This document shows, piece after piece, positions 10,974 to 24,707 of a DNA stretch of 64,000 nt; the first letter of the stretch is position 1; the number at the start of each line of letters is the position of its first letter. The notes below the pieces were generated by a model. It saw only the letters and a list, made by a program, of their open reading frames with translations, ran no database searches and was not told the DNA's origin. Where the stretch lies: assembly GCA_035221665.1 (NCBI GenBank), contig CM069134.1:91140001-91204000 (forward strand), given 5' to 3'. The translations under genes were made by a program, and so were the position numbers. The stretch comes from Okamejei kenojei (lineage: Eukaryota).

Positions 10974-13900
10974 CTTAACTAAACAATATTCTAAAATATT
11001 CATTTGGAAACGGCGCTCTGCACCGGCGCGTTCTACAACGAATGTCCTCAGTATCATACGACGTTTACCACTTAGTTATATTTTGATCATTAGCTTCTCA
11101 CACAGTTAAAGAATAACACGTCAATGTCATGCTCTGAGGTTACAATGGATGATTGGAACGGCAGATAGCAAGTGCTTGGTTGCGTATCCATATTTATTCG
11201 ATTTATTCTGAGAAAAGGGCTATTGCAATTACTGTGTAATACCTTCATCTCAGGGCATGTACTGATCTGCACCTATATTTTGAGTTCGCTGGCCGTTTTA
11301 CGACCCAAAGAATATTTCCCCAAACATAACCAGAAATAGTAACTCGCAAGAAGCCTCGAGGTGGATTTGGTCCTCGACGTGGTAACTTCGTGACTGAAGT
11401 ATCGAAATATCTAACTTCTAATCTGCGTTGAAGCACTAATTTAAGTAACTTCGGGGCATTTCGGGGAATGTTCCGCGATGGAGAGGCTCAATGGGGAGAA
11501 TATTCGAAGAATATTCCCAAAACTCGCTGCGTAAACGAACGCATTGTTTTGGAGACGAGTCATATGTGATATTCCTTGAACCCTCACATTTCTTCGAATT
11601 TGCATCAACTAAATAGTAAACAGGACAGAGGGGGCGGGGGGGGAGGGGTTGAGAGAAGTGCTCATCAAAATACAATCCTTAATTAACTGGTTGCTTCCTA
11701 AAGTGGGTGTTGTGGAAAGGTAGGTCCGGAATCACAACTGTCAATTTGACTTATCAGAAATGTATAATTTATCACTCCACATATACAGTGCAAAATTATT
11801 AGGTGTGACATGTTAGTGTAAGGAGGTTCACCAGTTCCAGTGAGAATTCGCAATGCTAGCTAAAGATAGTTTAAGCATTCCGTTGCTAAATGCGTCAATG
11901 TAGGAATTTATTCGTGAATAAAGTCCGCACAGACTTGTTTTCCGAGTACAGGTTTGTATTCTGTAATTGCTGCCACGTCCGTTTGAAACATAACTGGGAA
12001 ACAGCAGTTGCCTTTATTTGGGTAGTTTTAGGAAGAAAATAATCCTGCTGTGCTCTAGCGAAGTTTAATCCAGTATTCACCCCCAAAAAAATAACAGCAG
12101 CAATAAAGCATTACGAAGAAAAACACGGCACATTTTCCGATAATGTCATTGAATGGAAGGCTTCAAAATGACATTTACCTTATTTTTATACTTAACTATT
12201 AAGCAATTGCCAGATTTTGGTTCCGGAAAAAATAACTGCAAATCTGACCAGGAGACCCAAACATGTTCTTCCCCCTCTCCCACCCGGTCTTGGTGACACA
12301 GATGAACACAATAATATCCCACCAAGTTATTGAGTATTATATCTCCTAGTCTGGCGCGGACATTTATACCCGTGTGTAATTAAAAGCGCCAGCATACTTT
12401 CATGCACTTCATACATTCAGAAGAACCAAAATATTTGGAACTTCCTACACAGATGCTGTAGCCAACTGTGCCAGGGCAACTAGTTGTCAATGTTTTGCGT
12501 TGCTGCAGAAAGTTTTTTGTTCAATCGCAAACTTTGAACAAGCTAGCCAGAATCAACCAAGAACATGGAAAAGGCGCCGGTAATAAAATGTAAACAACGA
12601 TTCGCTTCCCTGGTTCTTATTCTCCCACTCTAAACGCTAACAGAATAAATTGATGGCAGCATTGTAATTAATTTGTGAGGTGTACTAATTCTGGTAACTT
12701 GAACCGGCCGGTATAATCTTTCTAAGTGCTGGCAGCTCCGGTGGGGATTCACACATTTCATGCTTCATTACTCAAGTCAAGCACCTCCTTCTCAGTATAT
12801 AACCTGCTTGCACGCTGCCCTGTGAAATTAGAAGCGAAATAATCAATCAGAAACGACAAATTATAACTTTTTTCATGACCAGATTTTCGGAAAACAAATG
12901 TAATTATTTCTAGCACCCGATAATTCTTTAATTTCAAAGTTGCTATCAGCGTGGTTGTTGCAATCGTTCAGTTCAATGATCGGGAATATATATTGTGGTC
13001 ACCTACGAAGTGCTTAGCAATATTTACTTACACACACCACCAGTATACCATAGAAAGAATTTGATCAATTATTGCCGTTAAAGGTTTATTTCACTGGCTA
13101 AATATAGGCCAGTCGTTGCCTGTCAGTTGTATAAAACACGCTGAGGCCAAATTAAAGATAAATCTATTTAATCCATATGTGTATTTGTACTTGGAAATAG
13201 TTTAGAACAGAATGATATACTTCAATGAACTAATGTTAGTCCTGTAAAAAAATGCAAGGAGACGGGGCACTGTGGCATTTTTACAAGGCACGTGTGCAAT
13301 GCACACGATTTCTGTATGAGTTAGAAGTTACGTGACATGTTAAAAATTCTGCATTTAATAGTCATTGGCATTCATCGTTGAGTGGACATCAAACATACGT
13401 TCAAGTGGGTGCACGAAGTAGTCATAATCAAACTATTATGTATTATAGTGGTGTTTGGCTAATCTACGCGCGTAATCTATGAGCGCCAACGCGCAATATG
13501 TTATCTTGGAAAATGCATGCATTTGAAATAAAGTACAAGACTAATATAATTACAACGCGTCAAGAGGACACACATGTAAGACACACGCGAAGGGACAGAC
13601 TGTACAGTGGAAGATAGTAGTCATGCCATTAAAGAAATTACCCGCATACTGAAAAATCTTTGAAGGGGCGTGAGACTGCGTTATCGGAGAACAGAGAAGG
13701 ATAAGTACATATTCACAACAGGAGATATGGCAAAGATATACAGAAATGTATAATGTATCAAACGCCTCTGTCGACTTTTTGTATTTCTTTAACAGACTGA
13801 CATCGTGCGATGAAGTGTAACTGACACTGAAGGGAAATACTAGGAGAGCTAATAGACTTTTAAACGTTGCAACAAGCCATTCACCCAGCATAAGCGGGCT

Positions 13901-14956
13901 ATGGGATAAATACGTTCGTATTATAGGGCTAACAGAAGGAATTTCTTTTATTTTAAAGTTGCAAAATAACAAAACAAAAATGTTGATTTTCTAAAGTCAC
14001 AAATGCGCCCACTAGTCCTAATTAGATTAAGTGATTAAGGAATGGCTTCATTTTTAATAGCCTCAGAATCACGATATGACACTCAGCCAAGTAGAGAATA
14101 TTTTTGTAAGGTGGTCATTAATATACTAGTAAGTAGATTTACTTTATTTGAAAAATACAAAAACAATTAGTGCGCCATGAGATTGGCTCAGAATAGTTGT
14201 AAAGTTAATGTAAAAAACACCTGCCACCATTAGCACTATGGCTACGGTAGAATCGACAGCAAGGTGAAAAAATAATTCAGCTGTATTCTTTTTTAATTAA
14301 TACTATTTTCTCTATAATCATATGCCGCTTATGTATTACCTATAACACGGGGTTAAAGTAATTGTTTCAATTTCTTTATTCGATTGGCTACTATTTGCTC
14401 AAAACCACGCCTCGGGTCTTTTACATACAATTGGGTCCCACGGTGTAACCATCTTGATGTTTTAAATGCTATTTATACTTTGACGAGGCACTTTTAGAAA
14501 TAATGGCATATATAAATCTAAGCGCAATATTGACGAACAATAATAATTCACATAATATAAAGCACAACCAGCTAACTCCGTCGCCAACGCTAAGAGTCAA
14601 CATAGGATACAGTCTAGTTGGAATGTAGAGGGGACGCAACAAATCGATGTGGATCTTAATGCTCCACACAGGTCCCCTTTGTTGTGCATGTACGGCCTAA
14701 CACAAGATCGAAAAAGGAGCGAAGAGAAAGAGAGCGAAAAATAAAACGTTCCAACCACTTGTTGAAGTCAATTCCTTCCCCTGTCTGTTTTCTGTTAATT
14801 CTTGGCAACTTTTGCAACTTTTAGATAAGCGTTGAATTTGTTCTACCTGTTACCTTTCCCTCCCCATCATCCAAAAGAGACTTCGCAGCATTCCCAGTAA
14901 TTGCAGCTGCCTTTTGCAGGTAACATTTAAATTCACTCAAATTCATTGCAACAGAG

Positions 14957-15092
14957 NNNNNNNNNNNNNNNNNNNNNNNNNNNNNNNNNNNNNNNNNNNN
15001 NNNNNNNNNNNNNNNNNNNNNNNNNNNNNNNNNNNNNNNNNNNNNNNNNNNNNNNNNNNNNNNNNNNNNNNNNNNNNNNNNNNNNNNNNNNN
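14957..15092. other. Assembly gap (N)
   Basis: 136 Ns just upstream of exon 1c. Confidence 1.
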
Positions 15093-15306
15093 CTGGTAAC
15101 TGATAGAAGTTCTGGACGCAGAGGTACATATATGTTGTAAATCCATCAGTGCTGAGACAGGCTGTTAAATTCTGACATTCCTGACGTGTACGCAGGCGCA
15201 GGCAGGTGGCACCCAGACCAGGTGAGATGATTCTGTAGAGGTAAAAAGAGAAATTACTCAACAGTTCGCAGATCATTTGACGACACCGCGGACATCTCCA
15301 GGCAAT
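15093..15306 (+). promoter_or_regulatory. Exon 1c promoter / 5' UTR
   Basis: CRE-like TGACGTG (15182) and NRF1-like CGCAGGCGCA (15191) just upstream of exon 1c. Confidence 0.45.
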
Positions 15307-15339
15307 ATGTCGATACTGGGCAAAATGAGCGACTGGCAG
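15307..15339 (+). CDS. tfap2a: tfap2a alternative first exon 1c (MSILGKMSDWQ)
   Basis: ATG at 15307, 11 codons, then CAG|GTATGA phase-0 donor. Resembles the mammalian 1c N-terminus MSILAKMGDWQ. Too short for the ORF track. Confidence 0.92.
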
Positions 15340-17726
15340 GTATGAGGAAAAACATATTAACTACACAGTTTCAACATCACAACCTGTGTTTTACTTGTTG
15401 CTGAAAGTTGTTTTTTAAGCAACGCCTCGTATTCTATTGCGCGCACACGTACAATTAATAAATCCGAACATTTGGGACGAAGAATTAGCAACTTGAAGTG
15501 ATTAAGCCCAAACTTTTTACCAGTTCTTGTCTTTACCTGGCTAACGTAAGCGAGATAAACTAGTAATTACTATGTGGTTGAATGAAAGGAGGATTTAATT
15601 ATTGCGAACAGCTCTAGTCAGATAAAAATCATCTAAGTTTTAAATGCATGATCAGTCTATTTTTTTCCTCTGGGCTATGAAAAACTTCCTTTAGTAATGT
15701 GTTATAACCCCCTTTCCCTTTGTCTTCCGTGTTTTGCATTAAATTTGTAGTCAGTTTACAATCGATGTAGTTCCCCAGATTTGTAGAAAACGCACCATGA
15801 GAGCAATGGTCACATTACAACTTTCAGCAAATTACAGTGCGATTACAAACCAAGAAAGAGTAGAGGTTATTTCAACGTTTCACCCCAATGCTTGTTTCAT
15901 TTGTATGGGATTACACTGAGCAATGTTACTGTGGAGCTGTTCTTCGACAAGTAGGGAACGTTTAATAAAATGGAAGTTCAATTTTATGTTTCTTATTTTT
16001 ATTGTTAATTACTGCATGTTATTACGACTTCAAACTACTTACAAAGTACTTAATTAATTCTGTTTATTACAAAACCTACTTGGTAATCAATTATATTGAT
16101 ATCGGCATTAAATCATCAGATTTTATTATTTACGCCAAACATTTGAATGTTTTAGCTTTGAGTGAAACAGCAATCATAACTTTCGTGAAACTTAACCACA
16201 CTTCGCATACTGCGAATTATATTATTAATTGTGCAGCTTAAAATATATCCAGAATTTAAGCATCGGGTTGAATTAGTGTGTCAGTGATTCCGGTGTAATT
16301 GGAAGATTGCGTTAAATGCACATACCCATGAGTCTCCAAATTGCAACTGCTTAAAAGTTGGAGTTATGTGTAGCAAGTTTCTATGATTGGTCGGGAAGAG
16401 AGGTGGTGGTGAGGATGAGACACTGGACATGGCGTGAAGCATGAGGAAGTTCTTATGCAATCAGAAGGAGGCATTTTATCACTTAAAACGAGGTAACCTC
16501 TACTTTTAAAACTTTGAGAGATGTTGTCAACATTGGTATTAATTACATCCAAAGTTACTGAGATATGTCTATCCATGGTGTAAACGTAACAGCAGTTGTT
16601 TTCAAAAAATGCATTTGTTTAATATTTTCACTGGGAAACGAAAAATTATCTAAATGACCAAAACACAAGCTCAATTTAGATCAGGTGCTTGTAATGCGTA
16701 AAATATGCCATGGGGCAATTGTTAAGATGTGTGTTTGTATTTTGGTCATCACAGATTTCAACTTCTTGCCTTATGGTCAGTGTAAAATGCAGCAGGTGCG
16801 CAGAGAAGATAAATGCTACCTTTAACGCATATCCCCGGCGAATTTAAAACTAGTCGGGAGACTATTTCAATGCGTATAATCTCAGTTCAGTACATTAAAG
16901 AAATAATATTCCGATTCGATTTTGTCCATCACATCGAATATCGGACATTTGTTTCTAAGGACCCGCGTCTCCTTATGGCTAGACAAAGATTCCCATTTAA
17001 TTAAAATGCCAGCAATTGGGGTGTGGGGCGGACGGAGTAAATTTCCCAACTTTATTTTTGTTCTCAAATACTTTCACAAAAAGAGACCACGATAGCTTTG
17101 TGTTTAAAGTTGTTCCTACTTATCTGTAACATTGATATGAAGAATTCATTGTCCTTTGATATACTAGTTATTCAGAGATTCAGTTAATGGAATTATAATC
17201 TTATAGGAGCAGAGTATTTGCGCGAGATTCCAAATGAGCCCCCTGGTGAAGAAACCAATACATTAAAGTTTAAACGACTTTACAACTAGCTAGTACCATA
17301 TGGTATGTTATACCATAACGTATTATTTAAGCACAACGTAACATGACTGAGTTAATTATATATTCTTTAAATTAACAGTCCTTTGGTCACTGACAAAATT
17401 ACACTCAGATATTGCCCTGAACGTTAATTATATGAAATAGAAACTCGTTTTAATCAAGAAATTGTACATTTTGAAATATTGTATCCCCTCTAACTGAAAA
17501 TACAACCATTTTAGATAAGTCAAATGACAGGTCCCGAATAAACACTTAACAGCTGAATGTGAGCAGGTAAATGAAAACCACGAAAATCTGGAAGCGAGGT
17601 AGTATTGGTTGAAAGTGCATTTTGTGAAACGAAAGTATGAAGCAAAAAAACATGGTCTAGGTGATCACAGAGTCTATGAACGCGTTATATTTGCTCGATA
17701 GACAAGCAATGACATATATAGATATA

Positions 17727-17891
17727 NNNNNNNNNNNNNNNNNNNNNNNNNNNNNNNNNNNNNNNNNNNNNNNNNNNNNNNNNNNNNNNNNNNNNNNNNN
17801 NNNNNNNNNNNNNNNNNNNNNNNNNNNNNNNNNNNNNNNNNNNNNNNNNNNNNNNNNNNNNNNNNNNNNNNNNNNNNNNNNNNNNNNNNNN
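17727..17891. other. Assembly gap (N)
   Basis: 165 Ns. Confidence 1.
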
Positions 17892-19159
17892 TGTTTACCT
17901 CGCTTTAGCCGCAATGTTGACCGTGATTCTCCCACAAGATGTGGGTGGAAATTATTTTTCATCGAGTATCAAAGGATTTGGTCTTTTGGAGCGAGATATC
18001 TTGAAGCGGTTGATATTTCGGATCTTCTAGTTAAAGACAATAGGTCTTGATGACATCTTTATCCCGGAGCTCCACCAAAAATGGTAATGAAGATTAATTG
18101 AAGACGACGCCTAAATCTAACCACGCAGATTACCTGTGTTGAGTTTTAACTTTACACACTTGGAAGAAAGACCTTGCGTCTCAATTCATAATTCATAGTC
18201 AATTAGCTATTTACGATGATAATAACTTTTAACTTAAAACGTAGCAAAACGATTACCAAAATACGGCGCTGATTCGCAATAGTTTGCTTATAAGTCACTG
18301 TTTATCTGTGGTCTTAAATAGCTAAATAACAACCTGATTTCCATATCAATTGACGGTAAACCCACACTTTACTTGTTTGTTATTTAAAGCCTGGAAATAT
18401 CAAAGAGAGGTAAATTTCGAATGAGGTTCTCCGGAACAGACCTAGTGTTTGATCAGGATTCCGCAGAAGGCAGCCACCGAAATCATCTGATTAACAATGC
18501 GTCTTAGCACTGCTTCATTCCGCCGTGGTGATAGACCTAAAGTCTCCTAGAAATAAATTGCATGATGATAAAAAAAAACTGGATTTTCTTTACCTGCTCC
18601 ATCTGAACTTCCCCGGGGAGATGGTGTAAAAATAGGAAGGGTAATGAAATCGCTGTCAGTTCGTAATCTATTTAAGCACACCCATTGTAAAATGCTAAAT
18701 CCATTTATTTATTGGACCACAACAAGAAAGGAAGTTGGGTGCTTGATGCATAGAGGAGTATGACATTAACAGCTGTTTGGAGAAAAAAAACACATGTATT
18801 GTATTTATTATTATGGCGAGGATTTCATTGACTTGGTTAAAAAATTAAATGCACTTCATCTATGCCAGTTGTTCTTATTAAAAAGTAAAAACTGTACTTT
18901 AAACAATTGAACCTCCTACGTTTCAATGAGATTATGAGTCTCTTGGGGGAGTATCGTCGTATAAACTAAACACTGAATCATCATCTGTTGGGGAAATAGT
19001 TTCTGCGCATTAACACGATGGCCGATAAGTGAAGATTTAACAATTTGGGATTCCAATTCAATATAACAAATGGCCCGATGTGCATGTACAAGGTGCCGTG
19101 CACCTACAATGTATTTATGTTGACGTCCATTTCAGTCGACAGGGCAAAGCTCTGTACCT

Positions 19160-19300
19160 GTGTCCATTGGAGCAGTAATGCGGTAGCATGAGTGTTTGGC
19201 TGGCGTTCATATGCTAATTGGGCTGTTATTAGCAAGTTACTAAAGAGCTGAGAGGGGAACTCGATCGACCATTAGAGGGAGATCTCAGAGCACATACGGA
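19160..19300 (+). promoter_or_regulatory. Exon 1a promoter with octamer element
   Basis: ATGCTAAT octamer at 19211-19218 and inverted CCAAT (ATTGG) at 19166, ~170-220 nt upstream of the ATG. The mammalian AP-2 alpha promoter is TATA-less and depends on octamer and initiator elements. Confidence 0.65.
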
Positions 19301-19384
19301 GCTCTAAACCAACACACACTCTCTGTACAGGACTGTCCGCTTTCTGATACACCCAGCCAGCCACTATTGCACCAATCCATGAGA

Positions 19385-19429
19385 ATGCTGTGGAAATTAG
19401 CGGACAATATCAAATATGAAGAGTGTGAG
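19385..19429 (+). CDS. tfap2a: tfap2a alternative first exon 1a (MLWKLADNIKYEECE); in-frame upstream ATG at 19379 gives MRMLW...
   Basis: Canonical AP-2 N-terminus with the IKYE SUMO motif; GAG|GTAAGA phase-0 donor at 19430. Confidence 0.96.
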
Positions 19430-20819
19430 GTAAGAAATTTTATATTAGCTTTTAAAAAAAAATGCGTTTCAATGCCCTGCCGAGGGAACAAATCATCTTT
19501 ACAGCACATCCAATGTAAATCAAATATTGCATAGGATTTATTTAAGCATTAAACATTATTCCGCAAATAGATGCAGCGAAAACTAAACGAAGCATTCAGA
19601 TATTCGGCTTAAAAACGCATCAAAATAATGCAACTTCGGACTGTTGTGTGCATACCTATTGTGTGTCAGTAGCTCCCATTGTAAACAATGCAAAAAACGA
19701 GGTTTTTTAACCTAGAAATCCGATCACTAGGTTAATGAAATATAACTAATTGATAAATCTCGCCGCAAACTTTCGTTTGTAGATATTTAAAATGCAATAT
19801 TTAAAAGGGCGGTTGTTAAGTACGGTTTCGATATGGAACTGCAATTAAAATTTAAAAAAAATGTTTAGTTAACCACACTATTATCTTAAAGCGATGTCGC
19901 GAATTCAGATGTTGTTGAAAGCAGTGTAAGATTTTGTAGTAAACTTCAGTGAATTAATATCAACTAAAAAAACGTGTCTGCCTGTGTTAATAAATGTTCA
20001 TTTCTTTCCCTCCTCCCCAAAACGCCCAATGAAAACAATTTAAATTTGCACAAACATATTCTGTTGCCGTAATGATTAAAAGATTTGTGTGAATATATAT
20101 GTGAGTGTGTTGTATGTGTATGTGTGTAAAAACGACAGTAGACAGTAAGGTGGTAATGGCTAAAGGCCTTGACTATACCCGGATTGAGAAAGTTGATCTG
20201 CAGAGTTTGCTAGGTATTATTTGGGGGAGTTGTTTTTTGTAGTTGTACAGCCGGTCAAACGGGTTTATAGAGCCAGGCTGGAAGACAGCTCATTCCAGGA
20301 GCTGAATTAGACAGCCCTTGAGTTTCACTTTTCCCCTTGGAACCGAAGTCGTTTTGTTTTTTAAAAAGGTTTTAAAAAAAAAAGAAAGCAGAGAAAAGTA
20401 TGAAGGATCGGCGCGATTTTCCGGCGAAGAGAGTGAACGATCAAAGCTGAAATCCGTTTATTTGGAACTGGCTTCGAGCAGAGTTTAGACAAAAGTGGTG
20501 GGTTTTTTCAGGATCGCTGTAGGGAGCAGCCTGCGTAGAATTGCGTGGAAACGAATGAGGGCTTCGGAGACTCCATAGTCTCTCTGTTGCTCCCCCTGTC
20601 TCTTAACTTTTAACCCATTGTACGATGGACCAGGCTACTAGTGACACAGGCTCAGGGCAGAACACGTCTCCGGAAAAAGATCTGAAAAGGAAGAGAGCTG
20701 AGAACGCGGGTAGCCTCTCCCCAGCCAGGAAGCGAGTGCCCGCCGACATGCCTTTAGCATTCTCTGGATTTTCACACGAAAACGAGGTGCAAATTCCTTC
20801 TCGTGTCACCCTCTTCCCC

Positions 20820-20895
20820 CCCCTCTCTCTCTCTCTCTCTCTCTCGTTCTTTTCTTTTCTATCTCTCTGTCGCCATCCCTTTCCCTCCTCTATTG

Positions 20896-20950
<55 letters not shown>

Positions 20951-21046
20951 ACTTTCGCATGCCCTCGATCACTTTAAAATGTTCTCCTCTTCACTGTGAT
21001 TCGTCAGACCCAGCGGTGTGTCCCCCTCTTTTCTCTCTCTCTCTCT
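20820..21046. repeat. (CT)n / polypyrimidine microsatellite
   Basis: Long CT dinucleotide tracts read directly. Confidence 0.95.
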
Positions 21047-21200
21047 GATTAGATACACTGAATCTTTATTCAATGGACGTCATTTATAACAGACACAGCC
21101 TTCAGTTGCTTTCTCGCTTCACGCTTGATTTCCGACCATTCTCCCCTTATTAAGTATTCGTGTAATATTAATAGTCATGAATATTTGCCATTATGTGCGT
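21040..21200 (+). promoter_or_regulatory. Exon 1b promoter candidate
   Basis: CRE-like GACGTCA (21076-21082) abutting TATA-like TTTATAA (21083-21089), followed by a TAAT-rich block at 21145-21195. Confidence 0.45.
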
Positions 21201-21495
21201 ACTTGAAGCCGCTGCTTCTTGTTAGTGGAGGAGAGAGGGGGAAAAAGTTTGAAAAAAAATCTATCGACGTGACGCCCTGAAACTAGACACAAATGTGATT
21301 TTTTTGATGTGTGTTATTCCCAATGAGGACATTTTTCAAGTACTGATGGATTCTGCTCCCTCGCTCCTGTATGCGACATCCCGGCGTTGTGCTCGTGTTG
21401 TAGTTGTATAGTACTGGACTGTTTTTTTTCCAATTTTCCCACTCTAGGTCTCTCTCTTTTTTCCCCCTGACGAACTCAGATCAGACTGTCCGCAG

Positions 21496-21522
21496 ATGTT
21501 AGTGCACAGTTTCTCGGCTATG
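21496..21522 (+). CDS. tfap2a: tfap2a alternative first exon 1b (MLVHSFSAM)
   Basis: Matches the known 1b N-terminus; ATG|GTGAGT phase-0 donor at 21523. Confidence 0.94.
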
Positions 21523-21761
21523 GTGAGTTACAGTGAGATGCCACTAGATTTAAACAACCCCCCCAACTGGTAGCACTTTCGCTTTTGAACCCTGTGGAAT
21601 AATATTTTGCTGAATTCGCCCCACTTACCACGTATTCCTGTTACGGTTAAAACTTGTGAATGCAATGATGCAAGCAGAACGAATATGCAATGCCAGAAAT
21701 TATTATTTTTTTAAATGTATTATTATTTTTAATGCCATCTTAATATCTGATTTCGTTGCAG

Positions 21762-22193
21762 GATCGCCACGATGGGACCAGTAATGGGACTCCACGTTTG
21801 CCCCAGTTAGGAACGGTCAGCCAGTCTCCATATCCGACCGCCCCGCCGCTGTCTCACACACCTAACACGGATTTCCAACCACCTTACTTCCCTCCACCGT
21901 ACCAACCCATCTACCCGCAATCGCAGGACCCTTATTCCCATGTGAACGACCCCTACTCGCTCAACTCTCTGCACTCGCAGCCGCAGCCGCAGCACCCGAC
22001 CTGGCCGCAGAGACAGAATCAAGAGGCGGGCATCCTGCACCAACATCGGGCTCTTCCGCAGCTGGCCGGTTTAGACCCACGGAGGGACTATCGGCGGCCT
22101 GAGGTCCTACTCCACAGCACCCACGGACTCGATTCCGGCCTTGGAGATTCATTGCCCATCCACAGCATTGCACACTCCATCGAAGATGTACAG
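21762..22193 (+). CDS. tfap2a: tfap2a exon 2 (Pro/Gln-rich activation domain, PPPY motif)
   Basis: TTGCAG|GAT acceptor, DRHDGTSNG...[11 protein letters not shown]...IEDVQ, CAG|GTAACT donor; 432 nt; inside ORF 21756..22235. Confidence 0.97.
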
Positions 22194-24655
22194 GTAACTT
22201 CTATGCAACCGCTGGGAGTTTTATTGTATATTTAATTTCATCCCCCTCCCAATTCACCCCCCCCCCCCCGTTGTTTAATGAGATATTTTCAAATCTGAGA
22301 TAGCGTTTCCCCCATGTAATACAAAACATTGCTTTGGAGAAGAATTGGTCTTCACTTAGCATTTAAACGTAAAGTCAAACTATTTGAAGAGCTGTTTATA
22401 AGACTGCATAAAACCATCACATGCAATACAAACTGCCCATAACACATTTGCAGCTATGCATTAAATGCAAACAGATTATTCTTCTCAATAGCCAAAATGG
22501 ATATTCACGTCCTTTGATTAATTACATTGAATATTCCCGTTTTAACTTTTTGTTTGTAATTTGTAAACAATTAGCCCCCACCAGAGTATGTGACTTGTTA
22601 AATCTTTCAGTTTGGCAGAACAGATTTATTTCAATCTGTAGTTTCTGGAGTGCTTTACAGGCAAGAAATGTGTATTTCACCATAATTCTGAAGAAGCTTT
22701 TTAATTTCCCCCCTCCCCTGAGAAAATTAGAGATATTTTGTTACATGCATTGATCTACTGGAGTTAATTTCATATATTTTGCTTATTGTGGAGTTATTAT
22801 TACGGGGCATATAAAAAATACAAAGGGTACATACTTGCATTGTGTTAAATTGACCACCATTCAGTGGTGAAGATAATTGACTTCCTTGGTTAAATCGCAA
22901 TATGAATTTCTATCTTCAACTATAATCTGGAATATTTAGCAATAGATATTGCTTATCTTGCAAACAAAAGACTGATGAAATGAAAACCAACCACCCTATT
23001 GGTCGTGTTAGTTTGAAGCAATGTTTTGTTTCGAAACACTGCTTTTAATTTCGTTTTACAAAAATGCAGATCTCAAAGCTCTCGTAAAATATTCATAAGC
23101 AAGGAACCATCATGCATTCACTTCCAAACAAATACTCATTATGAATGCTTAGTACGATTGAAAGCTGTTCCACATTCCACTTAATACCTGCGGCCATACT
23201 TTGCTTAAATGTGACTGGCTCTTTAACACACATACGCGCGCGCACACGCACACAAACAAAAACCTGCTGTAAACAAGCCTAAAATGCAGCCTTAACTCTA
23301 TGATTTGTGGTTCCGATTCTTCAGGAGAACATTTAACAATGCGAGTATTAATGTGTTGACCAACAAAAAAACAGTTAGAAAAAAAAGAGAACACAGTCTA
23401 TCTAAATGATTCAGCTCATTTTGTGCGATTGTGTCTATGTGATACAAGAATTAAAAAGTCCTTACTTATTGTCCAATATTTGTATTTCAGTGGTGTGGGA
23501 GAGCCTGCCGCTTTGGAGTGCAATTGTTATAATGAAGCCTCTTTAACACTGGTGTCAATTCTTCAGACTGTCAAGTGGTGCCAATGTTGTACATTTTTTT
23601 TTAGCAAGGCTAGCGATTATCGCCTTTAACCACGATTAACGGGGACATATATTCTTTTCTGCCCCTGTTAAAGTATACAGACTCCGGAATTATAAACCTT
23701 TTAAGCATAACGGTTCTTAGCTTTTATTTCAATTAAAAAAATACACCGAATCTAAGTTGGTCGAGTCAGTCTGTTGATCCTTTTAAATTGATGCTTAATA
23801 GAGACAGAATTCCAGCGCTAAGTTTAAGAATTAGTTTGAAACTAAACCTGCTTAAAATATATTTAAAAAATACTATTGGGGTAAATTGCGTGTGTCTGAC
23901 CGAACGACAGTTTGAGAGAAATGAAACATAATGGGAAATCTGCAGATAATGCACTGGGTAACTGTAGATGGAAGGTTCAATAATAAATAACGAAGGGGAA
24001 AAATCAAAGCTGAATGAATGATGCTAGGTCGGTTACTGACATTGCAGCGGCGATTTGGAACTGACTGGTATTTGTAAATGAACTGGCGGCTCTGCGCTGA
24101 TTGCCAATCGCTCAGTCTCGGTAGAATTCGTGTCAAATTGGCAAACATATTCCGACACTGTATTGCATATCGATGTGGGAATGAGCAGATTTGCTCTCAC
24201 TTAATGGCCCCCCATAACTAGCAAAAGCTGAGGCCAAATGCATTTCTAGAAAATAAAAACTGCTGGGGATGGGCAGTAGAACGATTTACAATTCCCAGTC
24301 CTCCGACCTCCCTCCACACACAATGATACACACACAGACACAAACACACACACATTGTACCTCACAAAGGGAGAGGATCAAATAAACAATTCTCAGAACT
24401 TTAACCTTTTACCAAACACATAAATATGTTACAACGAAAATCAAAATGATGTATTGACCAGGAAACTGGAATTATCAGGCTATTGTTAAATGCACGCATT
24501 ATCATATGTATTCGGAGGAATGTGCCAGGCAATGGATGTATTTTAACAACTTCTAACGTGACTCGGTTTCCTACAGTTCCTGCTCCAGTAATGACTGTTC
24601 GCCGTCTTTATTTCCGTAAGTTTGTGGTAATATTATTTAAACAATTTAATTTCAG

Positions 24656-24707
24656 CATGTTGATGATCATGGCATTAATATCCAGGACCACACCGTCATT
24701 AAAAAAG
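24656..24707 (+). CDS. tfap2a: tfap2a exon 3 (HVDDHGINIQDHTVIKK-G), GC donor
   Basis: TTTCAG|CAT acceptor; 52 nt; peptide matches AP-2 exon 3 (..TVIKK); ends AAG|GCAAGT in phase 1, in frame with exon 4. Confidence 0.92.

Noticed and set aside
20502-20540. TTTTCAG|GATCGC, which mimics the exon 2 acceptor and first codons
   Set aside because: Similarity ends after 6 nt and a stop follows within 9 codons; treated as chance.
20625-21048. Ser/Leu-repeat ORFs in intron 1
   Set aside because: Translation of the (CT)n microsatellite.
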